A stretch of DNA of 64,000 bases, from positions 313,658,001 to 313,722,000 of the forward strand of contig OZ024742.1 in NCBI GenBank assembly GCA_964016885.1, given 5' to 3'. Numbering within the stretch: the first letter of the stretch is position 1; every line of letters begins with the position of its first letter. The position numbers and the translations under genes were made by a program. Below are positions 41,640 to 53,556 of this stretch, piece by piece. Origin of the DNA: Eledone cirrhosa (taxonomy: Eukaryota). Under the pieces are notes generated by a model. That model saw nothing but the letters and a program-made list of their open reading frames with translations. It had not been told where the DNA came from and made no database searches.

Positions 41640-43370
41640 AAGCAGTACAAAAAAATCACATTAAAAACAACTACAATAGCAACAATAACAACACCAACAA
41701 CAACAATAGCAGCAACAATTACAGTACCACCACCAACAACAACAGCTGCAACAACAACAACAATAGCAGCAACAATAACACCAACAACAATAACACCAAT
41801 AACAACTACAATAGCAACAATAACACAACCAACAACAACAGCAGCAGTAACATGAACAACAACAGCCATAACAACAACAAATACAACACAACCAGATGAT
41901 TGACAGCAATAGCCATTACAACAACAATAAAACCAACAACAACAACAAAACTAATGATTGGTTTATTATAGCAACCACTACCACCACCACCACTATCACC
42001 ACCAGCACCACAACCACCACTATCACCACCAGCACCACAACCACCACCACCACCAGCACCACCTCTACCACTAGCACCACAACCACCACCACCACCACCA
42101 CCACCTCTACCACCAGCACCACAACCACCACCACCACTACCACCAGCACCACGACCACCACCACCACCACCACTTCTACCACCAGCACCACAACCACCAC
42201 CACCACCACCTCTACCACCACCACTAGCACTACCACCACTATCACCACCTCCACCATCACCACTACCGCCATCACAACCACCTCAACTACTACCACCACC
42301 ACCACTAACACCATCACCACCACTACCACCACCCCACCATCACCCCCACCATTACCACAACCACCATCATCGACACCAGCACCACAACCACCACCACCAC
42401 CTCTACCACCACCACTACCTCTACCATCACCACTATCACCACCACTATCACCACTACTACCACCACCTCCACCATCACCACTATCACCACCACTATCACC
42501 ACCACTATCACCACCACTACCACCACCACTACTGCCATCACAACCACCTCAACTACCGCCACTACCGCCGCCACCACCACCACCACCACCACTGCCACCA
42601 CCACCTCCACCATCACCACCACTACCACCATCACTGCCACCACCACAACCACCATCATCGACACCACCACCACAACTATAACAACAATAATTGTTTCTAC
42701 TTTTAGCACAAGGCCAGCAATTATCCCAGTGTATTACTGGTACTTTATTTTATCGACCCCGTAAGGATGAAAGGCAAAGTTAACCTCGGCGGGATTTACA
42801 CTCAGTCCGTAAAGGACCGTAACTCTTTGCTTCAAAGCATGGCGTCCGACCCTCTACCGATACTGCCAATCCACTGCCCTATAACAACTATAACAACAAT
42901 AATGACTTCTTTATTACAGCAGTCACAACAACCATAACACCCACAACAACAACAACCACAACAACCATAACAACCACAACAACAACAACCACAACAACAA
43001 CAACCACAACAACCATAACAACCACAACAACAACAACAACCATAACAACCATAACAACCACAACAACAACCATAACCACCACAACCACAACAACCACAAC
43101 AACAACCATAACAACCACAACAACCACAACCACAACAACCATAACAACCACAACCATAACAACCACAACAACCACAACAACCACAACAACAACCATAACA
43201 ACCACAACAACAACCACAACAACCATAACAACCACAACCATAACCACAACCACAACAACCATAACAACCACAACCACAACAACCACAACCACAACAACAA
43301 CCATAACAACAACAACCACCATAACAACCACAACAACAACCATAACAACCACAAGAACACTAACAAGAAT
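41640..43370. repeat. CAA/CAC compound microsatellite tracts
   Basis: Direct reading; SINE inserted at 42693-42878. Confidence 0.9.
42693..42878 (-). mobile_element. Meta-like SINE with probable TSD ctataacaac
   Basis: ctataacaac occurs on both sides. Confidence 0.87.
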
Positions 43371-43469
43371 AAAATTTTCCTTCCATTAGAGAATCCTTTT
43401 ATCTTCCATTATAATCTACAGAAATGACTGTAACAACAACTTGATGGCTTCTGCTAGTTGACACTATCT

Positions 43470-43912
43470 TTGGTTGGTGTTGTTACTGTTGGTGTTACTG
43501 TTGTTGTTACTGTTGTTGTTACAGTTGTTGGTACTGTTGGTGTTACTGTTGTTGTTACTGTTGTTACTGTTGTTGTTACTGTTGTTACTGTTGTTGTTAC
43601 TGTTGTTGTTGGTACTGTTGTTGTTACTGTTGTTGTTACTGTTGTTACTGTTGTTACTGTTGTTGTTACTGTTGTTGTTGGTACTGTTGTTGTTACTGTT
43701 GTTGTTGTTACTGTTGTTGTTACTGTTGTTGTTACTGTTGTTGTTGTTACTGTTGTTGTTGTTACTGTTGTTGTTGTTACTGTTGTTGTTACTGTTGTTG
43801 TTACTGTTGTTGTTGTTACTGTTGTTGTTACTGTTGTTGTTGTTACTGTTGTTGTTGTTACTGTTGTTGTTGTTACTGTTGTTGTTACAGTTGTTACTGT
43901 TGTTGTTAGTGT
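43470..43912. repeat. (GTT)n/ACT microsatellite, opposite polarity to the preceding CAA tract
   Basis: Direct reading. Confidence 0.9.
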
Positions 43913-44759
43913 TGCACTTTTTCTCTCCAACACCACCAACACAGCTTGTAGTTGTTAATGTGGTTCTTCTGCTCTATCACCCCCCCCCACACACACACGC
44001 CACCACCAGCATCACCACCAACACCACCACCACCAACACCACCACCACCACCACTATGATCAGTATATATATCTTGTTGATGTTGTTACTGTCAATTGGA
44101 TTATTGTCAGTGTTTGTTGTTGTTTACAATGAGGAGGAGGAGGAGAAGGAGGATGGTAATCACCATCATCATCATCGCCACCTTCATCAAATGATGTTTC
44201 TTCATTCCCTATCAGACAGTGTCTCTCTGCTAACTGGGTATAATGTTGGTGTCATTAAGTTACTTCAGTTTTGGCAGCTGAGAGAAAGAGTGAAAGGAAA
44301 AGAAGAATAAAAGAGGAAAAAAAGAAAGTTAGAAAGAGACCGAAAGAGGGTGAGAGAGGGGGGGGGGGAGGAGAATAAGAGGAAACATAGAAAGAAAGAG
44401 AGAGAAAAGATTTGTAAGAATGAGATGGTAGTTTGTGGATGAAATGAAGAGCAACAAATAGGATGGAAAGAGGTGATGGTAATGTCAAAAGTAAAGAAAG
44501 TGGGAGACAAAGTGAAAGATAGCTCTCTCTTTCTCCTTCCCTCTCTCCATCTCCCTGTGTGTGTGTATATATATATATATATATACACACACACATAGGG
44601 GAAAAGGGCATTAAATGATGTTGATATGTTAAGTGGAATTGACAGCTTCTAATTATAGTGTTAGTACATGTAAATGTGGTTGTCTGGTATACAACAGATA
44701 CATGGTTTGATTCCTGTAGGTGTCTGTCCACTTGTTATTTTGTGCTTCTAAATGTACTA

Positions 44760-44943
44760 CAGGTAAAATTCCGTTATAACGAATACCATTATAACAAATT
44801 TTTTAGTATAACAAAATTTTTTTCAATCTCCGAGGTAATAACAAGCAAACGCTCGATTTGTTTCAGTTGATCTCATTATAAAGGATTTTTCATTATACTT
44901 TTTTTTTATACCCCATGAATTTCGTTATAACGGAATTTCACTG
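44760..44943. mobile_element. pogo/Tigger-like MITE
   Basis: TIRs caggtaaaattccgttataacgaa / ttcgttataacggaatttcactg; TA on the left. Confidence 0.75.
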
Positions 44944-45087
44944 CTTTTGCATTTATCATACATAAATTAAAATATCTTAATTGTTTATATTATACTTTAT
45001 ATATATATATATATAGTTTTAATATAGATAATATTCTACAGGACTAGAACTCAACCCGGAATAATGTATATATATATATATATGTGA

Positions 45088-45479
45088 AGGCACATGGCTT
45101 AGTGTTTAGAGCATTGAGTTTGCAATCGAATGGTTGTGAGTTCAATTCTCAGACCGGGTGATGTGTTGTTTCCTTGAGCAAGACACTTTATTTCACATTG
45201 CTCCAATTTACTCAGCTGTAGAAATGAGATGATAGGACTGGGGTCCCTATCATTCCACTGCAAAGTGGTTGTCGTGGTGCCACGGCAAAAAAGCACCCAG
45301 CACTCACTGTAAATGAGGTTGGTGTTAGGAAAGGCATCCAGCTGTAGAAATCAAGCCAGAATCAGTTCCTGTATGAGCAAGACAAGGTCAGCCGACCGGA
45401 CACTACCCACAACAGGACAACCCGTCTAACCCATGCTAGCGTGGAAGAACGGACGTAAAACGGTGATGATGATGATGAT
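45088..45479 (+). mobile_element. tRNA-SINE head joined to an RTE 3' end
   Basis: A and B boxes plus CORE-like block to ~45230; ~45255-45479 closely matches the RTE 3'UTR at 33340-33605. Confidence 0.8.
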
Positions 45480-45673
45480 ATATATATATATATATATTGT
45501 TATACTTTGAGAGGGTCATGAACCAATAAAAACACATGCTTGTGATTTTATTTGTAGCATGGCCCTCCCAAAGTACAACAATATCTGTTTCAACACACGT
45601 TTTCATATTAAAACAATCTTGCAAAACAAATAAAAAATATAGGAAAATAGACATATAACGGTGATGATGATTA

Positions 45674-45716
<43 letters not shown>

Positions 45717-45756
45717 GAATATTAATAAATGGAAAATATCTTTATAAAACCATATT

Positions 45757-45817
45757 TATTTTATTATACGTATTTCAAAGGTACTAATATTTAAGTACGC
45801 TTTCATCAGATAAAATA
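45757..45817 (-). ncRNA. Minimal type I hammerhead ribozyme, intact core
   Basis: UAUUUUAU-CUGAUGA-AAGCGUACU/AGUACCUUU-GAA-AUACGUAU-A-AUAAAAUA: perfect 8-bp stem I and palindromic stem III. Confidence 0.85.
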
Positions 45818-45925
45818 TCATATTTGGTGTTAAGATAGTGACATATCTTCCATATAATGGTATAAGTCCAATCTTCATTGGGCTTATACCATTAAGATAT
45901 GTCACTATCTTAACACCAAATATTA

Positions 45926-45986
45926 TAATTTATCTGATGAAAGTGTACTTAAATATTAGTACCTTTGAAATACATATAATAAAATA
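45926..45986 (+). ncRNA. Mirror hammerhead copy with CpG-decayed stem III
   Basis: CTGATGA at 45934-45940; GAAATACATATA-ATAAAATA. Confidence 0.75.
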
Positions 45987-46147
45987 AATATGGTTTTATA
46001 AATATATTTTCCATTTATTAATATTCTTAATATTAATGATACTCCAGATAAATACTGTAGAGTGCTTCTAATCTGTTGTAAAATTAACTTTGTTGAATAA
46101 TCAACAAAACATATAACTCCTTGTTTATATATATATATATATATATA

Positions 46148-46320
46148 TCATTGTTTAATGTCTATTTTCCACGCTAGCATGGGTTAGACGAGTTTGTCCC
46201 ATTAGAGCCAAGTTGGGTCAAGTGATCATGTCTTGCTCATATAGGACACTTTCTAACTAGATTTCTAAGGCTGGATGCCCTTCCTAATGCCAACCACATT
46301 TACTGTTAGTGCAGGTTGCT
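46148..46320 (-). mobile_element. Older RTE-type 3' end
   Basis: ttccacgctagcatgggttagacg ... ggatgcccttcctaatgcc. Confidence 0.72.
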
Positions 46321-46920
46321 ATTTGTTGTGTCTCCTACATGATGAAGTAGTGTGAGATATGTAATAAATGACTGATAAATATTTTAGAAAACTATGTATA
46401 TACTATAAATAAATTTCTATAAAGATTTATTTCCTCTGTGGCCAGGAAAACAAATAACTAACCCCAGGAGGTGATAAAAATGAAGGAAATAGTTATCTCA
46501 ATTTATTTTTTCTGGACTCAAAGAGAGTTGCCTTGAGTTAAACATGTTTGTTAATAAAATCACATGCCATAAATTTTCCTTATATCTCTATTTATGAAAA
46601 AAACCCAGCATGTAGTGCTTCTATTAATTCTGTACATAATATAATATATAATACAGTATAATGTAATATAATATAATATAATATATATATACATATATAT
46701 ATATATTATATATATATTATATATGCAAGCAGGGAAAAGTGGACGTAAAATGATGATATATATATATATAGAGAGAGAGAGATTTGTGATGAGAGTATTA
46801 AGAGAGAAAGTGATTATTTGTAAAAGCAATATTAATAGGTGGGAGAGGGTTACAGAGGTAGGTAAATAGAGATAGATAGGGAAGTAGATAAATAGTCAGA
46901 TATCAAAAAGAATCTTACTT

Positions 46921-46971
<51 letters not shown>

Positions 46972-47347
46972 ATAAATATTTTGTTAGAATGAACAATGGA
47001 GCCTAAATCTCTATTTAGATTCCTGCAGTTTGATAATGTTTTTCTTCTGTTTAGCTAATTTTTTTTTGCCATTTTACTCTCTTACACTGTCATTTGATGA
47101 GAGAATATATAAATAAAATAAAAATAAAACTCCAAGAAAACAAAAGGAATTCTTCCCATTTCATTATTTGTTTTATTGTTTTTTCAATAATTTAAATTTT
47201 CACTTTCTGGTGTTCAAAATAAACCTTTTGCGTGTGCACTATCATTGTATGTCTTTTTGATGCAGACAATGGTTTCGTTGGTGTATATCAGATATGCAAA
47301 ATCATGTAATCAACTGGATTTGAACAAAACATGGGATATGTGGCTGC

Positions 47348-47387
<40 letters not shown>

Positions 47388-47388
<1 letters not shown>

Positions 47389-47918
47389 ATCATCATCATC
47401 ATCATCATCGTTTAACGTCCATCTTCCATGCTTGCATGGGTTTGGACGGGAATTTTCCCACTTGAGGCAAGATTGGTTGTCTTGCTCGTATAGGACTGTC
47501 TGGCGGGTTTTCTACGGATGGATGCCCTTCCTAACACCAACCACGTTTACAGTGTGGACTGGGAGGTTTTTACCGTGTTACCTACACGGCCACATTACAG
47601 TGTGGACTGTGTGTTTTTTTTGTCGTGACACCTACACGACCTCATTTATTTTGGACTGGATGTTATGGTACCAACATAACTTTACATCGAAAGGTGTGGA
47701 TGGGGTGGGGGTAGTGGGACAGGGGTGTATTTTTGTTAAGAGGTGCCTACTGACTGTAGGTTTTGCTTTGTACCAATGCGGGTCTTCTGTATTACTGTGT
47801 AGTGCCAAAGATCTCGGTCCAGTGACATTGTCTTGGAGAGGTGTAAGTGTGTGAGGTCGGCATTTATCAAGTCGTCCCAGGTTATTCTGGGTCTGCCTAC
47901 TCCGTGGCTACCGTCTAT
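47388..47918 (-). mobile_element. RTE 3' fragment
   Basis: GRPRITWDDLINADL...; 3'UTR; (CAT)n tail. Confidence 0.92.
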
Positions 47919-48086
47919 TTTATATTTATATATATATATACTAGGATTTTTTTCAACATGTTGATGCATATGTGTATATGTGTGTGCATGTATGTGCATA
48001 TGCATACCTTTATATGTACCAATATATAAATATAAATATGCAAACACAAATACACTTAAAAAATACACACTCACAGACATACATTT

Positions 48087-48530
48087 ACACTAGCTAATAT
48101 ATACCAGTAATATATATATATATACACCCATCACTAGCTAATATATACTAGTAATATATAAATCACTAGCTAATATATACCAGTAATATATATACCCATC
48201 ACTAGCTAATATATAACAGTAATATATACACCCATCACTAGCTAATATATACCAGTAATATATACACCCATCACTAGCCAATATATACCAGTAATATATA
48301 CAAAAGTTTATTTCCCCTCACTATACCATATTCCTCTAAATAATTACACCAATACTTAGTCAAAAGAAATCAATATTTTCTGCCTTTAAGATGGATGTTG
48401 GTTTATGCTTCAAGGCTGCAAATTGATACAATATTCCACAACCTCCCTACAAACACTATAGCTTGATCCTTTTATAAAAAATTTAATATTCCCATATGAA
48501 ACTGGATTCTTGCAGTAACCATTGTTATTG
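48087..48530 (-). repeat. Right arm of long-range inverted repeat (minisatellite units plus ~230 bp unique)
   Basis: Reverse complement of 37439 onward. Confidence 0.95.
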
Positions 48531-48984
48531 TTGTTGGTTTGATTATTAAAGCAATGTCAAGTTTCATACTCATTAATGGGATAAGGGGGCCCCATCTGAG
48601 GCAATGTTTTATACTCGGATGCTTTTACTGGCATCAACCTATTAGTTCCATCTTGTAACACATGGGGATACAGTGTTTCTGTTCTAAACTGAATACACTC
48701 AGCATTAGGACCTTCATATGAGAGAGAAATTTCTTTCAGATAAAGGGTCACTCATGAATCATCCATTTCCTCTTCTAATCTTGACATACAAACTTGTCTA
48801 AATTCAAGGACTTCCAAAACCACCACCACTAACTATTACCACCATCATCATCATCATCATCATCATCAAAATTAGGACAACCAGCACCACCAGCACCACC
48901 ACCACCACCACCACCATGGCAGCACACACTCAGTATATTTAACAAGAAATATTTGACTAAGCTATATTATTACGTATGATGGTG

Positions 48985-49152
48985 GGGTGGCCTTATCGGT
49001 AGAGCGTTGGACATAGAATTACAGCCCTTTTTGTTCTGAATTCAAATCCCGCTGAGATTAGCTTTGCCTTTCATCCTTACGGGGTCAATAAAATAAAATA
49101 CCAGTAATGCACTGGGATAATTGCTGGCCTAGTTCCAAAAGTAGAAACAATT
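48985..49152 (+). mobile_element. Meta-like SINE
   Basis: gcctttcatccttacggggtcaataaaataaaataccag. Confidence 0.82.
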
Positions 49153-49672
49153 ATTACATATTAGGCATGGATAAAAATGATTGGAGATGATATGGAAAGC
49201 CAGGCTTTGGTGAAGAGGGAATGCAGAGAATAGGGCAAATTGGAGATGCTTTAGCAGAGAAAATGGCCTTCAAAACACTTGTATATATTATGCATCACAT
49301 TATAAGTTAATTTATAAATTACATTCTATGTACAATTTATATATATAATAAAAAACGGTTAAATGGATTCATAAATCAAGCTTCCTAAAAATTGGTCATA
49401 AAATCTTCTCTTGTAAATTATAACAAATTTAAAAAAAGAATCATTATATAATGTTTGCTAATGCAGTATATCACCATTTTTCCTGGGGCATAGTGAGAGG
49501 GATGGTAGGAGGAGAGAGGTGTGGGTTAGGCCGGTGAAGTTTGAAAGGCTATACATAGATAAATAAGTAGATAGATAGATAGACATATTAGGATAAATAG
49601 ATTAGGATAAATAGATTGATGGTTGATAAATAAATATAATACAGAGATAGAAAATCATATATAGATAGATAG

Positions 49673-51857
49673 ATTTCTTTATTAGCCACAAGGGCGCAGA
49701 AGAAAAGGGGACAAAACAAAGACACATGCCGGGGATTTTACATACAATCGTGTAAAAATATGAAACAAACAAATATAACAATCGAAATCCCCAATAAGGT
49801 GGTGCGTCAAAAATGGGTTGTTTAATACCCCGTAAATAGAACAACCCTCAACTTCAGGAGCATGTTGTGCAAGTGCTCCTTTCTTCTTTTTGCTCTCTTA
49901 TTCAACCTACAGGCTTATAAACAGAGAAGGCCCAATCACTCGGGCCATTTTCGCTTCATTCACCCACCTTTCAGTAAATTTACTGGGGTGCAGTGCCTCT
50001 CTCTCCACTCTGATTCTCCTTCTAAAGTGATATCTAAAGAAGGGAATGAGTTGTCCGGAGAGAAAGGCATCTGTCCTCAGTCCTCTCAATCTCGTCCACC
50101 ATATAACCTCTTTCACCATAGCCACTGTACAGAGGAAAACCGCCTCTCTTTCGTTTTTGAAGGAGGTTGGTGGTTTGATCCCTACTATGGACTCGGCAGT
50201 CAACTGGATTTGTCCCATACGCGACAGCAGTTGTTCTGCATAATTCCACAGGTTGGTTACGCCCGGGCAGTGTACAATTGCGTGCAAGACAGTTTCAATG
50301 TCCTGCCTGCATCTTGGACACGTCCTCTTCGAAGGATCCGTGCCGGGGCATCTGTGCCTGTAGATCTTGTCACAAACTGGTAGAGCTCCTCGGTAGTACT
50401 GCCAGGCCAGGGACCCCTGGAAATTGTCCATAGGTCCCGGGCGGAAAGTCCTACCAAACAAACTGGTGAGTTCGTCGTTCTCGACGCCTAGAGTCTCTCC
50501 GAGCACGTCGTCGCCCTTGTGACGTACTAACCCTCTATAGAATGTCGAAGTGGAGTCTCCACTGATTGCCGTGCCCGCTTGACAGAGGACTGTGAGTGCC
50601 TGAGCGCATTCAATGTGCCAGGCACCCATCTTCTTTGGTCTCCGCTTGACCCAGGACTGCAGCTCCATCAGCGAGACAAATTGCGGGAAGGCCTGTCTCA
50701 CAAACGGTGCCCACACCAGTTGGGGGTCGGTGAGGAATACCTGTAGATGCCATAGCCTCAGCGCATGCTTGCGCATCACCAGTGGGGCCTGCTTCTTCCA
50801 AAGGAACTGGAAGGGCATGCATTCCATCTTGGTGAGGTGTTCACGGGGACAAGGCACGACGGTCAAGCGGTAGTAGATGACGGACACTATGAAAGTGTTC
50901 GCCACCTCCGCTCGACCTTTCGAGCAATTTCACCGGTTCGTCCAGCGTCCGACAACACTGTCGGACGGCATCGGTTTGCCTCTCCACGTTCTGAGTTGCA
51001 AACTGACAGACTTGTCCGGGTTCAGTTTTGCTCCTGTGAGCTTTTCGTATTCCTGCAGTAAGTTGCCGATCACCCCGATTTTCGAGGTTTCCGACATGAT
51101 TACTGTCACATCATCGGCATAAGCCAACACCGCTTTCCGCAGTCCCGGTTCCAACGGGATGTCTTGCAGCAGCTCCAACTTCTGCAGTAGTGGCACTAGA
51201 GTCAGTACGTACAGAATGGAGGAGAGAGGACATCCCTGTTGGATGGAACGTGTGATTGCGAACGGCTCCGATAGGTGGCCATTCACCTTGACCATCGAGC
51301 AGATGTTGGTGTGCATTGCAGTGATCCAGCCTCCAAAAACGGGTCCGAAACCGGCCGCCTTGAGAACCGCTTCCAAGTAGCGATCGTTGACCCTATCGAA
51401 CGCCTTAGACTGATCTAAATTGATCAGAGCCCCACTGAAGCCGGGTTTACATCCCACCCTCTCTATGATGTATCGCATGAGGTGGAGGTTGTCGTGTATG
51501 GACCTGGTCGGGATTGCAAACGTTTGCGCTTTCCCTACCATGTTCTCGACGACAAGCGCCAGCCTCGTTGCCAACACCTTGGCCAAAATCTTTAACTCTG
51601 TGTTGAGCAGAGTTATAGGGCTAAAGTTGCTTAGTTCGTCCCCCTTGTCCTCGTCTTTCCTGATCAGCGTTACTACGCCCCTGCCTGCAGAACTGGGAAT
51701 TCTCCCGTTCTGCTGCCAGTTGCAGTAGACGGCCTCGAGGATGCCAGAGAACAAGTCTGGCATGCCTATGTAAAACTCATGGGGTAGACCATCTAGACCG
51801 GGTGATTTGCGTTTCCCGCAGCAGCCCAGAGCATCCTGTATCTCAGTGGCTGTGATT
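49673..51857 (-). mobile_element. Tx1-clade LINE copy A (older subfamily, 5'-truncated, frameshifted)
   Basis: RT motifs LDQSKAFD, QGCPLS, YADD; C-terminal CPRC..ETVLHAIVHC; AATAAA then (CTAT)n. Confidence 0.93.
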
Positions 51858-52190
51858 GATAGTTAGATAGTTAGAGAAATAGTTTAATGATAAATAGGCA
51901 GAAGAAAAGGACATAGATAGATGGAAAGATGAACAGATAGACTAAAAGATGGGTTGATAGATTGACAGATTGACTGACAGACAGACAAAAAATGTAGATT
52001 AGGATAGATAGATAAACAAATATAATATAGAGATAGAAAATCTAATAATATAGATAAGTTGATAGTTAGGTAGATAGATGATAGGTAGGCAGATAAAAAA
52101 GAACACAGACAGATAGATATAGGCAGACAGACATAGTGATAGATAGATGGATGGACAGTCAGTTAGACAAATATAAATATAGATAGATTA

Positions 52191-52707
52191 ATTTTCTTTA
52201 TTAACCACAAGGGCACAAAAGAAAGGGACAAATACAAATGGGGAGTTTACATACAGGTATATGAAAATAAAACTATTAATACAATAACAAATAACAATTG
52301 ATATCCCCAATAGTGAGGAAGTGTTACACAGGGGTTATACACACTCCGAAAAAATGTACAACCCTCATCTCCAGGAGCACTAAGAGTGAGTACTCCCTTC
52401 TTCTCTTCCTCTTTTTCCTCAACCTACAGTCTTATATAGAGAGAAGGCCCAACCACTCGGGCCATCTTTGCCACATTCACCCACCTTTTATAAAGCTAGC
52501 TGGGGTACAGCATATCTCTCTCCATCCTGATTCTTCTTCCAAAATGATATTTGAAAAAACGAATCAGTTGCTCGCCGGAGAGAAAGGTGTCTGACCTCAG
52601 CTCTTTTAACCTTGTCCACCATATTACCTCTTTCACCATAGCCATAACACATAGGAAAACCGCCTCTCCCTCGTTTTTGAAGGAGGGTGGCGGTTTGATC
52701 ATGACAA
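52191..52707 (-). mobile_element. Tx1 copy B (distinct subfamily, 3' fragment)
   Basis: VKEVIWWTRLK homology; own 3'UTR; GATA repeats on both flanks. Confidence 0.9.
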
Positions 52708-52808
52708 AGATAGATTGGCAGATAGAGAAACAGATAGATTATGTAGAGAGACAGACAGACACATATATATAGACATATAGGTAGATAGATATAGATATAC
52801 ATAGATAT

Positions 52809-53042
52809 GTTTCTTTTATTTGCCACCAGGGCATCAAAAGTGGGACAAGTACAATGGGGGGAGTTTACAAAACAAGGCGTCCTCAATAGGGAGGAGGCAA
52901 TAACAATATATAAAAATAAAATAAAATATAACAAAAAATAAAATTTATAACAAAGTCCTCAATAGAGAGGAGGCGCCTTGGGGGGGTCGCACACACACCC
53001 CCGAAAAAAAGTATGCAACCCTTTTCCTCGGGAGCACAGAGA
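52809..53042 (-). mobile_element. Tx1 copy C (3'UTR only, young subfamily)
   Basis: Near-identical to the 3'UTRs of copies D, E and F. Confidence 0.9.
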
Positions 53043-53241
53043 TGGAGAGCTAGACAGACAGATATATAGATAGATGGAGAGCCAGACAGACAGATATATA
53101 GATAGATGGAGAGCCAGACAGACAGATATATAGATAGATGGAGAGCCAGACAGACAGACAGACAGATATATAGATAGATGGAGAGCTAGACAGACAGATA
53201 TATAGATAGATGGAGAGCTAGACAGACAGATATATAGATAT
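53043..53241. repeat. 32/36-bp GATA/GACA minisatellite
   Basis: Unit AGATAGATGGAGAGC(C/T)AGACAGACAGATATAT. Confidence 0.95.
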
Positions 53242-53556
53242 GTTTCTTTTATTTGCCACCAGGGCATCAAAAGTGGGACAAGTACAAAGGGGGAGTTTAC
53301 AAAACAAGGCGTGCTCAATAGGGAGGAGGCAATAACAATATATAAAAAAAATAAAATATAACAAAAAATAGAATTATAACAAAATCCTCAATAGAGGATT
53401 TTGTTATAAAATATAACAAAAAATAAAATTTATAACAAAATCCTCAATAGAGAGGAGGCGCCTTGGGGGGTCGCACACACCCCCGAAAAAAGTGTGCAAC
53501 CCTTTTCCTCAGGAGCACAGAGAGGGGGTGCTCCCTCGTTCCTTCCTCTTTTCCAC

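Larger units (their letters stand above)
45711..46033. repeat. ~320-bp palindrome (Penelope-like inverted terminal repeat)
   Basis: Arms are near-perfect reverse complements around ~45875. Confidence 0.92.

Noticed and set aside
41630-44310. Poly-Thr, Val, Leu and Pro ORFs
   Set aside because: Trinucleotide microsatellite artefacts.
47200-47350. Possible exon after tttttgatgcag
   Set aside because: No convincing donor or recognisable peptide in any frame.
48557-48751. 64-aa minus-strand ORF in unique sequence
   Set aside because: In-frame stop immediately upstream, no recognisable family, no clear splice sites.
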